A stretch of 64,000 nucleotides of DNA from Candidatus Saccharimonadales bacterium (GTDB taxonomy: Bacteria > Patescibacteriota > Saccharimonadia > Saccharimonadales > 2-12-FULL-41-12), in assembly GCA_041906505.1 (NCBI GenBank), contig JAYRJB010000008.1, positions 136,053-200,052 of the forward strand, given 5' to 3'. The notes beneath the pieces were generated by a model, which was not told where the DNA came from, did not search any database, and saw nothing but the letters and a program-made list of their open reading frames with translations. Position 1 is the first letter of the stretch, and each line of letters opens with the position of its first letter. Shown here piece after piece: positions 9,390 to 19,152 of this stretch. The position numbers and the translations under genes were made by a program.

Positions 9390-9692
9390 TTAACTTTTTA
9401 GTGGGCGTTTCTTTTTTTCGTATTCAACAACCACGTACGCTCCAAGCGCAGCGCCCACCGCAACAGGAACTATGTATAGGTAGTTAGAGATTATTGCGAT
9501 TACTTCAATAGCCAGTGTCGTGTACAAAATAAATGTGACCAAAGCCGACCGCAGCGACTTGTGTTGCACCAAAGAAAAAGTCAACGACGAGTCCAGCATT
9601 TCCACCAAGAAATAAAAAATAAAGAGCCCAAGCGCAACAATAACATTAAAATTATCTACAGCTTCACTGAGTGTAAGTAGCTCCAAGTTCAC
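9390..9692 (-). CDS. hypothetical membrane protein (3 TM)
   Basis: Three hydrophobic helices and a basic C-terminus (KKKRPLKS). Confidence 0.45.
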   Translation of the reverse strand: MNLELLTLSEAVDNFNVIVALGLFIFYFLVEMLDSSLTFSLVQHKSLRSALVTFILYTTLAIEVIAIISNYLYIVPVAVGAALGAYVVVEYEKKKRPLKS

Positions 9693-9814
9693 CCCTACAT
9701 AATAACAAAAAGCAATTTAAATCTTCGCCTTGGAAATCTTAAATAATGAAGCGTGACCTCATGCCATAAAAGGAATGTTCAAAATAACGGTCTTTTTATA
9801 GTTAGGATTATCAG

Positions 9815-10003
9815 TTAAGAGCTCCTGGACCTTTTATCTAGCATGCCTTGCAAATTATCAAGCTCTTCTCGAGTAATCATACCTTTTCCGAACAAAGTTG
9901 CGATTAAGGCTGCCAACACCTCGGCTTCTTTATCTTTATACTTATCTGCAAGTAGACCTTGCCAAACCTTGCTCATATCATTGCTCATTTTTTCAGCCAC
10001 CAT
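9815..10003 (-). CDS. small hypothetical protein
   Basis: I prefer the ATG at 10003, which is preceded by GGGAG. The ORF-track start at 10066 would overlap the upstream gene by 26 nt. No motif recognised. Confidence 0.4.
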   Translation of the reverse strand: MVAEKMSNDMSKVWQGLLADKYKDKEAEVLAALIATLFGKGMITREELDNLQGMLDKRSRSS

Positions 10004-10040
10004 GGTCTCCCTGGCGTATATCTTAGCTAAGTACACGCGC

Positions 10041-10514
10041 CTAGTCCACAGGATGCTGTTTGTCAATAAAATTTTTCCATGTTTTTAGGCACCCGTCGCC
10101 AACTTCAAGGATATCTATTGGCATTCCAAATTCCCAAACCATTACGCCAAAGAAACTTCGCCGCTTTATTGGATCATAGCTCCTAGAAATGGGGGTGGTA
10201 ATTCCAAAATCATTCTCAACAAAGCTATTTTTCGGTGTATATCTATCAATTTTCTGATGCTTTTGTGTATTCGCAAGGTCTCTACATAGTGATAGGAAGG
10301 CGTCGTTTTGTATAATATGGTCAACACCTTCTTTGTTGTATCCTGATCTTATTAGCCAGTCGCGCAGGTGATAGCACTGAATGATAAAACTGGTAAAGAC
10401 ATCAAGCGCCTCTTCATAGTTATCATCTGTTGCTACAGAGTAATCATCAAGTTTTTTACGCAACCTAACAAGTCGGTTCCACTGTTCAATATATGGTTTG
10501 TCGTACTTTTTCAT
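10041..10514 (-). CDS. hypothetical protein (all-helical N-terminal part; weak HEPN-like R..N..KH patch)
   Basis: ORF immediately downstream of tRNA-Gln. The CRDLANTQKH segment is only loosely reminiscent of HEPN Rx4-6H. Confidence 0.5.
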   Translation of the reverse strand: MKKYDKPYIEQWNRLVRLRKKLDDYSVATDDNYEEALDVFTSFIIQCYHLRDWLIRSGYNKEGVDHIIQNDAFLSLCRDLANTQKHQKIDRYTPKNSFVENDFGITTPISRSYDPIKRRSFFGVMVWEFGMPIDILEVGDGCLKTWKNFIDKQHPVD

Positions 10515-10563
10515 AAGCCCGAGCAGAATATAGACACGGGTCTCAAAATTCTGCCGTCACATC

Positions 10564-10638
10564 TGGCTGGGGAGGAGGGATTCGAACCCCCGAATGCCAG
10601 GACCAAAACCTGGTGCCTTACCACTTGGCCACTCCCCA
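10564..10638 (-). tRNA. tRNA-Gln (anticodon UUG), CCA encoded
   Basis: Reverse complement TGGGGAGTGGCCAAGTGGTAAGGCACCAGGTTTTGGTCCTGGCATTCGGGGGTTCGAATCCCTCCTCCCCAGCCA folds as a cloverleaf. Anticodon stem is CCAGG/CCTGG with loop TTTTGGT. Confidence 0.9.
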
Positions 10639-10706
10639 TCGATTTGCGATTAACAGATGTAATTGTAGCAACTATCTAGTTGGTTTGAAAGAGAGAGGTG
10701 ACTGAG

Positions 10707-13076
10707 CTACAAATCCCATTGCCAATCACGTACTTCTGGCATGTCAACTCCGTGGTGAGCAATGTAGTTTTTGTGTTCTATCAGCTTTTTTTCCATCTCT
10801 TCGCGCAAACTATCGCCAGCTTCTCCAAGATGTGGCACTCGATCAATAACATCCATCACCAAATGAAATCTATCAAGCTTATTCATTACAGTCATGTCAA
10901 ACGCAGTCGTAATTGTGCCTTCTTCTACGTATCCGCGAACGTGCATGTTGGGATTTTTTCTCCTGTAGGTAAGCCGATGGATCAACCATGGATAACCATG
11001 AAAGGCAAAAATGATGTTCTTGTCTTGGGTAAATATTTCGTTGTACTCCACGTCGCTCAGACCATGTGGATGTTCAGTGTCGGGCTCTAGCCTCATTAGA
11101 TCCACTACGTTTACCACACGTATTTTGAGGTGGGGCAAGGCTTTACGTAGAATCGAAACTGCAGCAATAAGCTCGAGGGTTGGCACATCTCCTGCGCTCG
11201 CCATAACCACGTCCGGCTCTCCGCCTTGGTCGGTGCTGGCCCAGTCCCAGACCCCGACACCAACCGTGCAATGCATGGTTGCTTCTTCGATATTGAGCCA
11301 CTGCGGCCCATCGTGCTTGCCACAAATTGTCAGATTAATGTAGTTACGACTACGCAAACAATGTTCAGTGACAGAGAGTAAGGTATTGGCATCCGGTGGC
11401 AAATAAATTCGCACCGTGGCAGCTTTTTTATTTACCAAATGATCAATAAAACCGGGGTCTTGGTGGGTAAACCCATTATGATCTTGGCGCCACACATGAG
11501 AGGTTAGTAGATAGTTGAGCGAAGAAATAGGCTCTCTCCAGGGGAGTTCGGAAGACATTTTGATCCACTTCGCGTGCTGGTTTACCATCGAGTCGACAAT
11601 ACGGATAAACGCCTCGTAACTGTTTAATATGCCGTGCCTACCGGTCAGCAAATAGCCCTCGAGCCAGCCTTGAGACTGGTGTTCGCTCAACATTGAGTCC
11701 AACACCGCACCGTCGGGAGCTAAAAACTCATCAGATTCTCGAATTCGAGCGTCCCACTGACGATTTGTGGCCTCAAAAACTGCCTCAAGCCTATTTGACA
11801 CCGTCTCGTCGGGGCCGAACAACCGAAAATTACGATGTTCTTGATTAAGCTTTATTACATCACGCAAATATGGACCCAGCGCATGGACATTACCAACCTT
11901 CCCGCCGCTGGGATAGGGAACTCCGACCGCATAATCTCGGAAGTCGGGGAGGTGCAGCTCCCGAAGTAAGCTGCCACCGTTAGCGTGCTTGTTCGCCCCC
12001 ATCCGATGATGACCCTTTGGCGCCAACTCTGCCAGTTCGGGAATAAGCCGGCCATCTTCGTCAAACAATTCCTCTGGCTTATAGCTTCTCATCCACTCTT
12101 CGAGCAACGTTAAATTTGCCCGATTTTCTTCGTCGATCAGTATTGGTACTTGGTGAGAGCGAAAATTGCTCTCAACTTTGTGGCCGTCAACTACCTGTGG
12201 CCCAGTCCAACCTTTTGGAGTGTTAAGAATTATCATTGGCCACCTTGGGCGAGTGGTGTTGTTGTGCTGCCGCGCGTTCTCCTGGATTCGTTGAATTTCC
12301 AAAACAGCTGACTCTAACTGAAATGCCATAAGCTGGTGCATTTCCATCGGATCATCTCCCTCGACAAAATATGGCGTATAACCGTAGCCTCGGAAAAGTT
12401 GCTCTAGCTCTTCGCGCTCAATTCTGGCAAGTACGGTTGGGTTACTGATCTTATAGCCATTGAGGTGCAAAATAGGTAGAACAGCCCCGTCGTGAATCGG
12501 ATTTAGAAACTTGTTTGAATGCCAGGCGGTCGCGAGCGGCCCAGTTTCGGCTTCGCCGTCGCCAACCACACACACCGAAATAAGGTCTGGGTTATCAAAC
12601 ACCGCACCATATGCGTGACTAAGCGAATAGCCGAGCTCGCCACCTTCGTGAATCGAACCGGGTACTTGAGGCGACACATGGCTTGACAGTCCACCTGGAA
12701 AAGAGAACATCTTAAATAAGTTTCTTAGGCCCTCCTCATTTTGAGGTACCTCGGGGTAATATTCTGAAAAAGTGCCTTCTAAATACACATTTCCCACTAG
12801 TGCAGGCCCGCCGTGTCCCGGACCAGACAAATAAATCATATTTGTTTTGTGCTTGTTAATAATTCGATTTAGGTGCACATAGATAAAGTTTTGGCCTGGT
12901 GTGGTGCCCCAGTGACCGAGCAAGATTTTCTTGACATGCTCGAGCTGCAACGACTCTCGAAGGAGGGGATTGTCTTTTAGATATATTTGCCCAACCGACA
13001 CATAGTTGGTGGCCCGCCAATACGCATGAATTTTGCGCAGCATTTCATCTGATAATGGCTTATCTTCCTCAAACAT
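10707..13076 (-). CDS. xfp: xylulose-5-phosphate/fructose-6-phosphate phosphoketolase
   Basis: 789 aa. Characteristic XFP N-terminus ([16 protein letters not shown]), [15 protein letters not shown] and a ThDP-binding region. Confidence 0.95.
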   Translation of the reverse strand: MFEEDKPLSDEMLRKIHAYWRATNYVSVGQIYLKDNPLLRESLQLEHVKKILLGHWGTTPGQNFIYVHLNRIINKHKTNMIYLSGPGHGGPALVGNVYLEGTFSEYYPEVPQNEEGLRNLFKMFSFPGGLSSHVSPQVPGSIHEGGELGYSLSHAYGAVFDNPDLISVCVVGDGEAETGPLATAWHSNKFLNPIHDGAVLPILHLNGYKISNPTVLARIEREELEQLFRGYGYTPYFVEGDDPMEMHQLMAFQLESAVLEIQRIQENARQHNNTTRPRWPMIILNTPKGWTGPQVVDGHKVESNFRSHQVPILIDEENRANLTLLEEWMRSYKPEELFDEDGRLIPELAELAPKGHHRMGANKHANGGSLLRELHLPDFRDYAVGVPYPSGGKVGNVHALGPYLRDVIKLNQEHRNFRLFGPDETVSNRLEAVFEATNRQWDARIRESDEFLAPDGAVLDSMLSEHQSQGWLEGYLLTGRHGILNSYEAFIRIVDSMVNQHAKWIKMSSELPWREPISSLNYLLTSHVWRQDHNGFTHQDPGFIDHLVNKKAATVRIYLPPDANTLLSVTEHCLRSRNYINLTICGKHDGPQWLNIEEATMHCTVGVGVWDWASTDQGGEPDVVMASAGDVPTLELIAAVSILRKALPHLKIRVVNVVDLMRLEPDTEHPHGLSDVEYNEIFTQDKNIIFAFHGYPWLIHRLTYRRKNPNMHVRGYVEEGTITTAFDMTVMNKLDRFHLVMDVIDRVPHLGEAGDSLREEMEKKLIEHKNYIAHHGVDMPEVRDWQWDL

Positions 13077-13112
13077 ATCCCACCTTGTCTAGCGCTGATC
13101 GAAACTACTCAC

Positions 13113-14288
13113 CTAAATAAAACGAGCTGTATCGCGTGCTATTATATGCTCCTCTTCTGTGTGTATTACTCTTATGGTTATTGTACCCTCTTTTGAAATA
13201 ATTTCACTATTTTGATGGTTTTTTTCACTATCCACTTCTAGACCGAGGTAGCTTAGTCCTTCGCAAACTCGAGCTCTGATCGGTGCAGACTGCTCGCCAA
13301 TCCCGCCCGAAAATACGATCAGATCAAGTCCATCTAGGCTTGCCGAAAGCGCCCCGATCGCCTTTCGAACATGGTAGCAAAAGCTATCAACAGCCGCCTT
13401 TGACCTAGGATCATCACTCTCTTGTTGCAATAAAGTATACATGTCAGCCGTGGTTTCGGAGATTCCCAATAACCCAGACTGTTTGTTTGTTGTGTGCGAA
13501 AAAGTCTCAATATCCATGCCAACTTGTTTGATAAGAAAGCTCGCAATTGATGGGTCAAGATCACCACTTCGAGAACTCATTGGAATACCAGAGGTCGGGC
13601 TAAAACTCATGGTTGTGTCGATCGGCTTACCATTTTTGATCGCTGCAAGGCTTGCACCACTGCCGAGGTGTGCCATAATAATTTTTTTATCTTGCGCGGC
13701 GCCCAGTTCTTCAAGCCGAGAAAGTAGATACGTATACGAAAGTCCGTGATACCCATATTTAAGGACTCCTCTGTCTCGAATACTCTTTGGAAGCGGTAAT
13801 GTCTGGGCAACACTTGGCAGCTCGGAAAAGAATGCAGTGTCAAAGCATGCCACATGCGCTTGCGCACTAAAACGCGCCATGAGTTGCTTGACGATCTGGA
13901 TAGTAAAGGGCATATGGTCTGGATCAAACTGTGCATAGCTCTCTAGCTGCCCTAAAACATCATCGTTAATTAATTGTGAACTTCTAAGATGGGGACCTCC
14001 GAACACGACTCTGTAGCCAACCGCTGCAATATCGTTTAGCATACCTCTTTCGTTTAACTCGTCGAGTGCAGCACGCAAAGCACCAACATGGTCTAATGGG
14101 TCGTAGTGCTTGGAAAAAGTCGATGAATCATCGTTGCGGACAGTAAGCTCGAGCCTGCTCGACGGTAGCCCAAGGCCATCAACTACTATCTTTACCCTTG
14201 GTACAAGTACTTCAGATGCCTCGAACAGAAGCAACTTTAGGCTTGAAGAGCCGGTATTTACTGTAAGTATTTGTGAATTGTTACTCAT
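13113..14288 (-). CDS. ackA: acetate kinase
   Basis: ILTVNTGSSSLK N-terminus, HRVVFGG-like motif, and typical length (391 aa). Directly downstream of xfp. Confidence 0.92.
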   Translation of the reverse strand: MSNNSQILTVNTGSSSLKLLLFEASEVLVPRVKIVVDGLGLPSSRLELTVRNDDSSTFSKHYDPLDHVGALRAALDELNERGMLNDIAAVGYRVVFGGPHLRSSQLINDDVLGQLESYAQFDPDHMPFTIQIVKQLMARFSAQAHVACFDTAFFSELPSVAQTLPLPKSIRDRGVLKYGYHGLSYTYLLSRLEELGAAQDKKIIMAHLGSGASLAAIKNGKPIDTTMSFSPTSGIPMSSRSGDLDPSIASFLIKQVGMDIETFSHTTNKQSGLLGISETTADMYTLLQQESDDPRSKAAVDSFCYHVRKAIGALSASLDGLDLIVFSGGIGEQSAPIRARVCEGLSYLGLEVDSEKNHQNSEIISKEGTITIRVIHTEEEHIIARDTARFI

Positions 14289-14452
14289 ATTTACTCCAGC
14301 TAGTATATGGTACGGTTAGTTGCAAAGGTCAAGCAGAAACGTGGACGCATGATTCGCGCACGTGACCGTGGCGTAACCGCTTTGTGTTGCATTATTTTCA
14401 ACCAAATATTCACCAACTCAGCAAAATATGTTACTGTGTTTTCTATTAAAAT

Positions 14453-14848
14453 ATGGGTTTTGAACGCAACGGTTATCCGTCATACGAACAAAAACGAGAG
14501 ATACTAGCAGAAAGAGTGGACATAGGCCTAGGTCCTGTTGACGTGTACCTTGGCGACCATCATTTGCAAGTTGTGCAGCCCGAACGTGACCTGGGATGTA
14601 AATTTACGCGCGACTGCCTAATAATTGACCCAGACTCATTTGATAGCTATGAAAATATTGGCTTTAAGGGCTTGGGCGACGGCGAACAAGTCTATCTTGG
14701 CAAGGACTTCGATTATGGGCGATTTGAATTTTCTCAAGCGGTTTCGCAGGTGCACGCACTTATTCGGCGAGAGGGAAGCGTTATCACAATCGAAGATCTT
14801 GGCTCCCAAGGTGGCACATTTATTGACTCGCCACCACACCATATCTAG
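14453..14848 (+). CDS. FHA domain-containing protein
   Basis: C-terminal half matches the FHA pattern: G..F....VSQVHALIRREGSVITIEDLGSQGGTFID. Confidence 0.55.
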   Translation: MGFERNGYPSYEQKREILAERVDIGLGPVDVYLGDHHLQVVQPERDLGCKFTRDCLIIDPDSFDSYENIGFKGLGDGEQVYLGKDFDYGRFEFSQAVSQVHALIRREGSVITIEDLGSQGGTFIDSPPHHI

Positions 14849-14896
14849 CGTATATCCGTTACTATTTTCTGGTGCTATGATAATCATAAGCACATT

Positions 14897-15757
14897 ATGA
14901 GAGTTATTGAGCCCAAATCAAGGCAACAGCACAAAAAATCACGCAGTCACCACGAAGGTGATAGTGTGGTGGCAGCAGTTGGATTGCTTATACTGCTAGG
15001 CGTCATCTGGTTTTTTGCCTATAGAGCCTTTACCGCGAATAGTTCATCACCCTCAACCAATGCACCTATCTCGTCAACTAGCTCCCAAGCACCGCAAAAG
15101 ACAGGTAGTATCAAAGCATATACTGGTGATCAATTTAGAGAACTCTACGAACGATTCGCCTATCCCAACACCCAAAGAATAGATGAACATACACCGATTA
15201 CCGGGTTTCCCGCGTCCGACGAACGAATTAAGTCGCTCGCAGCGACTCGCGGTTATATCATCAGATCTGCACCTGTAACCGACACCTTTAGAAGTGTTGC
15301 TCCAGGTATGCAGTTGCAAGAACGAGCTGCGCAACCATGGCTGTCAATGCAAGCCAGCGCCAAACAATCTGGTCAGTTATTAGAGCTGACTGCCGCGTAT
15401 CGTTCAGCGGAAGATCAAAAACAGCTTTTTCTAAATCGCCTGCAAGCTCAAGGTGTTGTTTCTTCGTTGATCGGCAATGGAGGCTATGATGCACAAATCC
15501 TAAGAGTCCTGGCATCGACCGCACCTCCAGGCTACTCTCGCCACCATAGCGGCTACACAATAGACATTTCTTGCAAAAGCGATCCGTTTGTCTCTTTTGA
15601 TAGATCAAGCTGCTATCAGTGGCTGAGTACAGAAAACTACAAGAACGCAAAAACGTTCGGCTGGATACCAAGCTACCCGGTCGGTGCCACAAAACAAGGT
15701 CCAGAACCCGAATCGTGGGAGTATGTGTGGGTGGGATCGGACACATTGACAGAGTAG
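14897..15757 (+). CDS. membrane-anchored D-alanyl-D-alanine carboxypeptidase family protein (VanY/peptidase M15B-like)
   Basis: N-terminal TM. YSRHHSGYTIDI (SxHxxGxxxD zinc motif) and C-terminal EPESWEYVWVG (EPWH-like). Confidence 0.75.
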   Translation: MRVIEPKSRQQHKKSRSHHEGDSVVAAVGLLILLGVIWFFAYRAFTANSSSPSTNAPISSTSSQAPQKTGSIKAYTGDQFRELYERFAYPNTQRIDEHTPITGFPASDERIKSLAATRGYIIRSAPVTDTFRSVAPGMQLQERAAQPWLSMQASAKQSGQLLELTAAYRSAEDQKQLFLNRLQAQGVVSSLIGNGGYDAQILRVLASTAPPGYSRHHSGYTIDISCKSDPFVSFDRSSCYQWLSTENYKNAKTFGWIPSYPVGATKQGPEPESWEYVWVGSDTLTE

Positions 15758-15780
15758 ATGCTCTATAATGTGGAATAACA

Positions 15781-16575
15781 ATGCATCTATTTGAAACATT
15801 TTGGTATCGTTGGCTCAAGCGACCAATAAAATTAAAAAAACGAATACGGGTAGGGCACGGCAAGAAAACTCTTGTTCTTCTGCACGGCATTGCCGACAAC
15901 GCTGAAACCTGGAATCCACTTGTTAAGCTAATCAATAAAGCCCGCTGGACAGTTGTTGGTATCGACTTACTGGGTTTCGGGAAATCACCCAAGCCAAGCT
16001 GGAGCACGTATGATGTAAATGAGCACGTACGGGCAATACATAGGACACTACGCCTAAGGCCACGGCAAAAAATTACACTTATTGGACACTCTATGGGCTG
16101 TATTATTGCGACACACTTTGCAAAAACCTACCCAACAAAAGTCAATAAACTTATTCTTTATGAGCCAGCATTTTTTAGTCAAGAATCAACAGACACTTCG
16201 ATAAAAAATCGAAAACGGCTGTATTTTACCGTCTACGAGCACATAATGAATAACCCAAAGCTCGCCTTGTTTTATGGAAAGCTTGGCAGCAACATGATTC
16301 GTGGCCTCAGCCATGCAAGCATAAACGACCAGGTCTGGGTGTCGTTTGAGCGCTCACTAAAAAACACTATCCTTAGCCAAGAGTCATTAGAGGAGTTGCG
16401 TCAACTAACAATCCCTATCGACATTATTTACGGGCGGTTCGATTTGGTTGTGTCTCGAGCCAATATCGATGAGCTACTCAAGGATAAGCCGAATATTACA
16501 TTCCACTCCGTGGCAGATATGCACGGTATCTCACGTCGCTCAGCTAAATTCATCCTTTCACTACTGGACGCTTGA
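15781..16575 (+). CDS. alpha/beta hydrolase
   Basis: LLHGI oxyanion region and nucleophile elbow GHSMGC. C-terminal His region. Confidence 0.8.
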   Translation: MHLFETFWYRWLKRPIKLKKRIRVGHGKKTLVLLHGIADNAETWNPLVKLINKARWTVVGIDLLGFGKSPKPSWSTYDVNEHVRAIHRTLRLRPRQKITLIGHSMGCIIATHFAKTYPTKVNKLILYEPAFFSQESTDTSIKNRKRLYFTVYEHIMNNPKLALFYGKLGSNMIRGLSHASINDQVWVSFERSLKNTILSQESLEELRQLTIPIDIIYGRFDLVVSRANIDELLKDKPNITFHSVADMHGISRRSAKFILSLLDA

Positions 16576-16603
16576 ATATGCTCATGCTTTAATACATCCA
16601 TAT

Positions 16604-17155
16604 ATGCCTATCCGCAAAACAAACACATTCGGCCCCTCGTTGGCCAGGGTTTCAAGGATTCATCTTTTGCTCGCCGCAATTTTGGCGATACAAATAATCA
16701 TATTCGATGCGGGAAAGCTCATAACACCCGATGTGGTACTAAAGCGCTGGTTGGGAGTAGGGATACTTGCAGCAGTGGCCGGCATTTGTTGGTTTCAAGC
16801 GCGAACCCGAGAAGACAACCGCCGACTTAAGAGGCTCTTTTGGCTCCTTATTATCACTGATATTGCGTTCGCGTCTTGGTATGTGTATTTAGAGAGAGGT
16901 ATGGCCAGCAAAGCAGTGCTCTTCTACCTGCTACCGATCATTTCGTCGGCCATACTTATAAGAAAAGGGGCTATCTACCTCACGGCGGGTCTCAGTATTA
17001 TTGCGTACATTTTGACCACCAATGCCTATTTCGTGCATTACTTCAACGAAGGCTACAAGCTGGAACTTTACGGCGAGGTGCTGTTTTATTGCGTGTTGCT
17101 ATTCTTGCTTGCCAGCGTCCAGTGGGCTGTAATAAAAGCCAAGCACCGTCACTGA
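16604..17155 (+). CDS. hypothetical membrane protein (about 5 TM)
   Basis: ATG at 16604 avoids overlap with the preceding gene. Hydrophobic helices throughout. Confidence 0.5.
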   Translation: MPIRKTNTFGPSLARVSRIHLLLAAILAIQIIIFDAGKLITPDVVLKRWLGVGILAAVAGICWFQARTREDNRRLKRLFWLLIITDIAFASWYVYLERGMASKAVLFYLLPIISSAILIRKGAIYLTAGLSIIAYILTTNAYFVHYFNEGYKLELYGEVLFYCVLLFLLASVQWAVIKAKHRH

Positions 17156-17721
17156 CGAGGAGCTTCAACGAGAATTCCGTTGTCGTATCTATACAGGGTT
17201 GAGGGTTGCGTTCGAACGTGACCCTCGTAATAAAAATCAAGATTCGGTAGTTGTTCTCTTATCCAACCCAAATCTTGAACTGCGGCAACGCCACTGGGAT
17301 TTGCGCTGGTTGCAATAATTGGTCCAGTTAATTCTACTATACTATTGAGCCATTCAAGAGCAGGTAAACGCACGGCCAGACTCCAGGTATCACGATGGAG
17401 GTAGTGTGGCCCGCTACTAGGAAGAATAACGCTATTCGGACCAGGCCATACATTTTCGAGCGCTTCACGCAGCTCGTACTCAAGCTCGACTGCCAGACTG
17501 TCAAGTTGACTGACGTCAGCTATCAACACAACGCACGGTTTGGTCGAGGGCCGATTTTTTATTCGATACACTTCCTCAACAGCCGATGAATTAAGCGCAC
17601 TTGCCACCAAACCATATACCGTATCTGTAGGCATCACTCCAACTTTACCAGCACGAATAGACTGTACGACCGCAGCTGTATCTGTTGAGTTCATAGTTAT
17701 ATAAGATACCATGAATGGCAA
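17149..17721 (-). CDS. tsaC: L-threonylcarbamoyladenylate synthase (TsaC/YrdC/Sua5 family)
   Basis: YrdC-domain signature GKVGVMPTDTVYGL, IKNRPSTKP and TSANPSG. Confidence 0.85.
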   Translation of the reverse strand: MPFMVSYITMNSTDTAAVVQSIRAGKVGVMPTDTVYGLVASALNSSAVEEVYRIKNRPSTKPCVVLIADVSQLDSLAVELEYELREALENVWPGPNSVILPSSGPHYLHRDTWSLAVRLPALEWLNSIVELTGPIIATSANPSGVAAVQDLGWIREQLPNLDFYYEGHVRTQPSTLYRYDNGILVEAPRQ

Positions 17722-17822
17722 AAAACAAGGATTACGCAGACTGCATCATATGAACCTTGGATAATCGAAAGGGTGATTCAAGCTGAAAAATCACGACTTA
17801 CCCAATACAAATATAAACCTAT

Positions 17823-17852
17823 TTGACGAAAGTACATCCCGGTTTTTACAAT
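17823..17852 (+). promoter_or_regulatory. candidate sigma70-type promoter for the trehalase gene
   Basis: TTGACG (17823-17828), 18-nt spacer, TACAAT (17847-17852). AGGA SD and ATG 17863 follow. Confidence 0.35.
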
Positions 17853-17862
17853 AGGATGAGTC

Positions 17863-19116
17863 ATGGGCAAAACAAACACCTACACAAAACCATCTATTAC
17901 ATTTGAACCCCTAAGAGTTGCCAACGCTTTTGCTCATATTGAACAAAAATGGGCAGACCTTACCGTCGACAAACCAGCTGACGAGGCAACGCTTATTGGG
18001 CTGCCTTATCCGTATGTGGTACCTAGCAACGATCCAGAGTCTGGATTTGCATTTAATGAGATGTACTACTGGGACAGCTACTTTATTATTCAAGGCCTGC
18101 TTGCGACTGACCAATACGAACTCGCCGAGGGCATGCTCGACAACATGATATTTATGGCCAAGCGATTTCATATGATCCCAAATGGCAGCAGATATTATTT
18201 TACCAGTCGTTCACAGCCACCATTTTTAACAAGTTTAATTTTTGACATTTATGAAAAGCTAAACAAGAGCAAGGCCTGGCTGAAAGAGCATATTTGGGTC
18301 GCCGAAAACGAGTATCATGCCGTTTGGCTTGGTGACGCACAACCAAACTGGAGACAAGTATATAAAGGGCTCAGCCGCTACTACGATATAAACGTTCTTG
18401 ATGATCTAGCCGAGGCTGAGAGTGGCTGGGACATGACAACCCGATTTAACAGACAGTGTTTATCCCACATTCCCATCGATCTCAACTGCTTACTTTACAA
18501 ATACGAAACCGATTTTGTAAGGGCGTATGAAATATTTGAGGACTCGGAGGCAGTTGTCATATGGAAGGGAAGAGCCGCCAAGCGTGCTCGCACTGTTCGA
18601 GCTGAGCTTTGGGATCAAGAGAAGGGTTTCTTTTTTGATCTCGACTATACCAACGGGAAAAAGTCGAAAATTTGGTCACTCGCTGGCTACTACGCATTGT
18701 GGGCGAAACTTGCAAACCCGGACGAGGCAAAGCAGATTGCAGCCCACCTCGATAAGTTTACAAATTTGGGCGGACTTACAGCCACCGCAAGACCAAATGA
18801 ACTTCCTCACAGCGACGTTCCGCATCAATGGGCCTATCCAAATGGATGGGCCCCACTCCACTGGATTGTTATTGAGGGGTTGCAAAAATATGGCTTTACT
18901 TCCGAGGCAAATGCAATTGTGCGAAAATGGCTAGAAACAAACTTACGCTACTACGAGCGACACGGCGTTTTTAGGGAGGCCTACAATGTGGTTGATCACG
19001 ACAAAGAACCAAAGGCTGGCGTATATCCTCCGCAACTAGGGTTTGGCTGGACAAACGGTGTGTTTGTCGATTTAGCAAAAAAACATCTGAGCACTGAAGA
19101 ATTATCAATGGTCTAG
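17863..19116 (+). CDS. treA: trehalase (GH37-like alpha,alpha-trehalase)
   Basis: Motifs PNGSRYYFTSRSQPPF, AESGWDMTTRF and QWAYPNGWAPL are typical of trehalases. Confidence 0.85.
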   Translation: MGKTNTYTKPSITFEPLRVANAFAHIEQKWADLTVDKPADEATLIGLPYPYVVPSNDPESGFAFNEMYYWDSYFIIQGLLATDQYELAEGMLDNMIFMAKRFHMIPNGSRYYFTSRSQPPFLTSLIFDIYEKLNKSKAWLKEHIWVAENEYHAVWLGDAQPNWRQVYKGLSRYYDINVLDDLAEAESGWDMTTRFNRQCLSHIPIDLNCLLYKYETDFVRAYEIFEDSEAVVIWKGRAAKRARTVRAELWDQEKGFFFDLDYTNGKKSKIWSLAGYYALWAKLANPDEAKQIAAHLDKFTNLGGLTATARPNELPHSDVPHQWAYPNGWAPLHWIVIEGLQKYGFTSEANAIVRKWLETNLRYYERHGVFREAYNVVDHDKEPKAGVYPPQLGFGWTNGVFVDLAKKHLSTEELSMV

Positions 19117-19152
19117 GACTACCTCGGCTTCGAGGGTAAAATAAAGTCATAC

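Noticed and set aside
14338-14380. GC-rich patch with repeated ACGTGGAC/ACGTGACC and a bulged hairpin (CGCGCACG-TGAC-CGTGGCG) in the ackA/FHA divergent region.
   Set aside because: It could be a regulator site, but it is a single occurrence with imperfect symmetry and no T-run. Evidence is insufficient to call it.
15288-16007. 239-aa minus-strand ORF.
   Set aside because: It is antisense to the VanY-like and alpha/beta hydrolase genes, which have clear motifs. No SD and no motifs.
19121-19135. Hairpin CCTCG-GCTT-CGAGG just after the trehalase stop codon.
   Set aside because: It is a short 5-bp stem without a U-tract, only 17 nt before the helicase start. It is more likely an mRNA-stability feature or chance.
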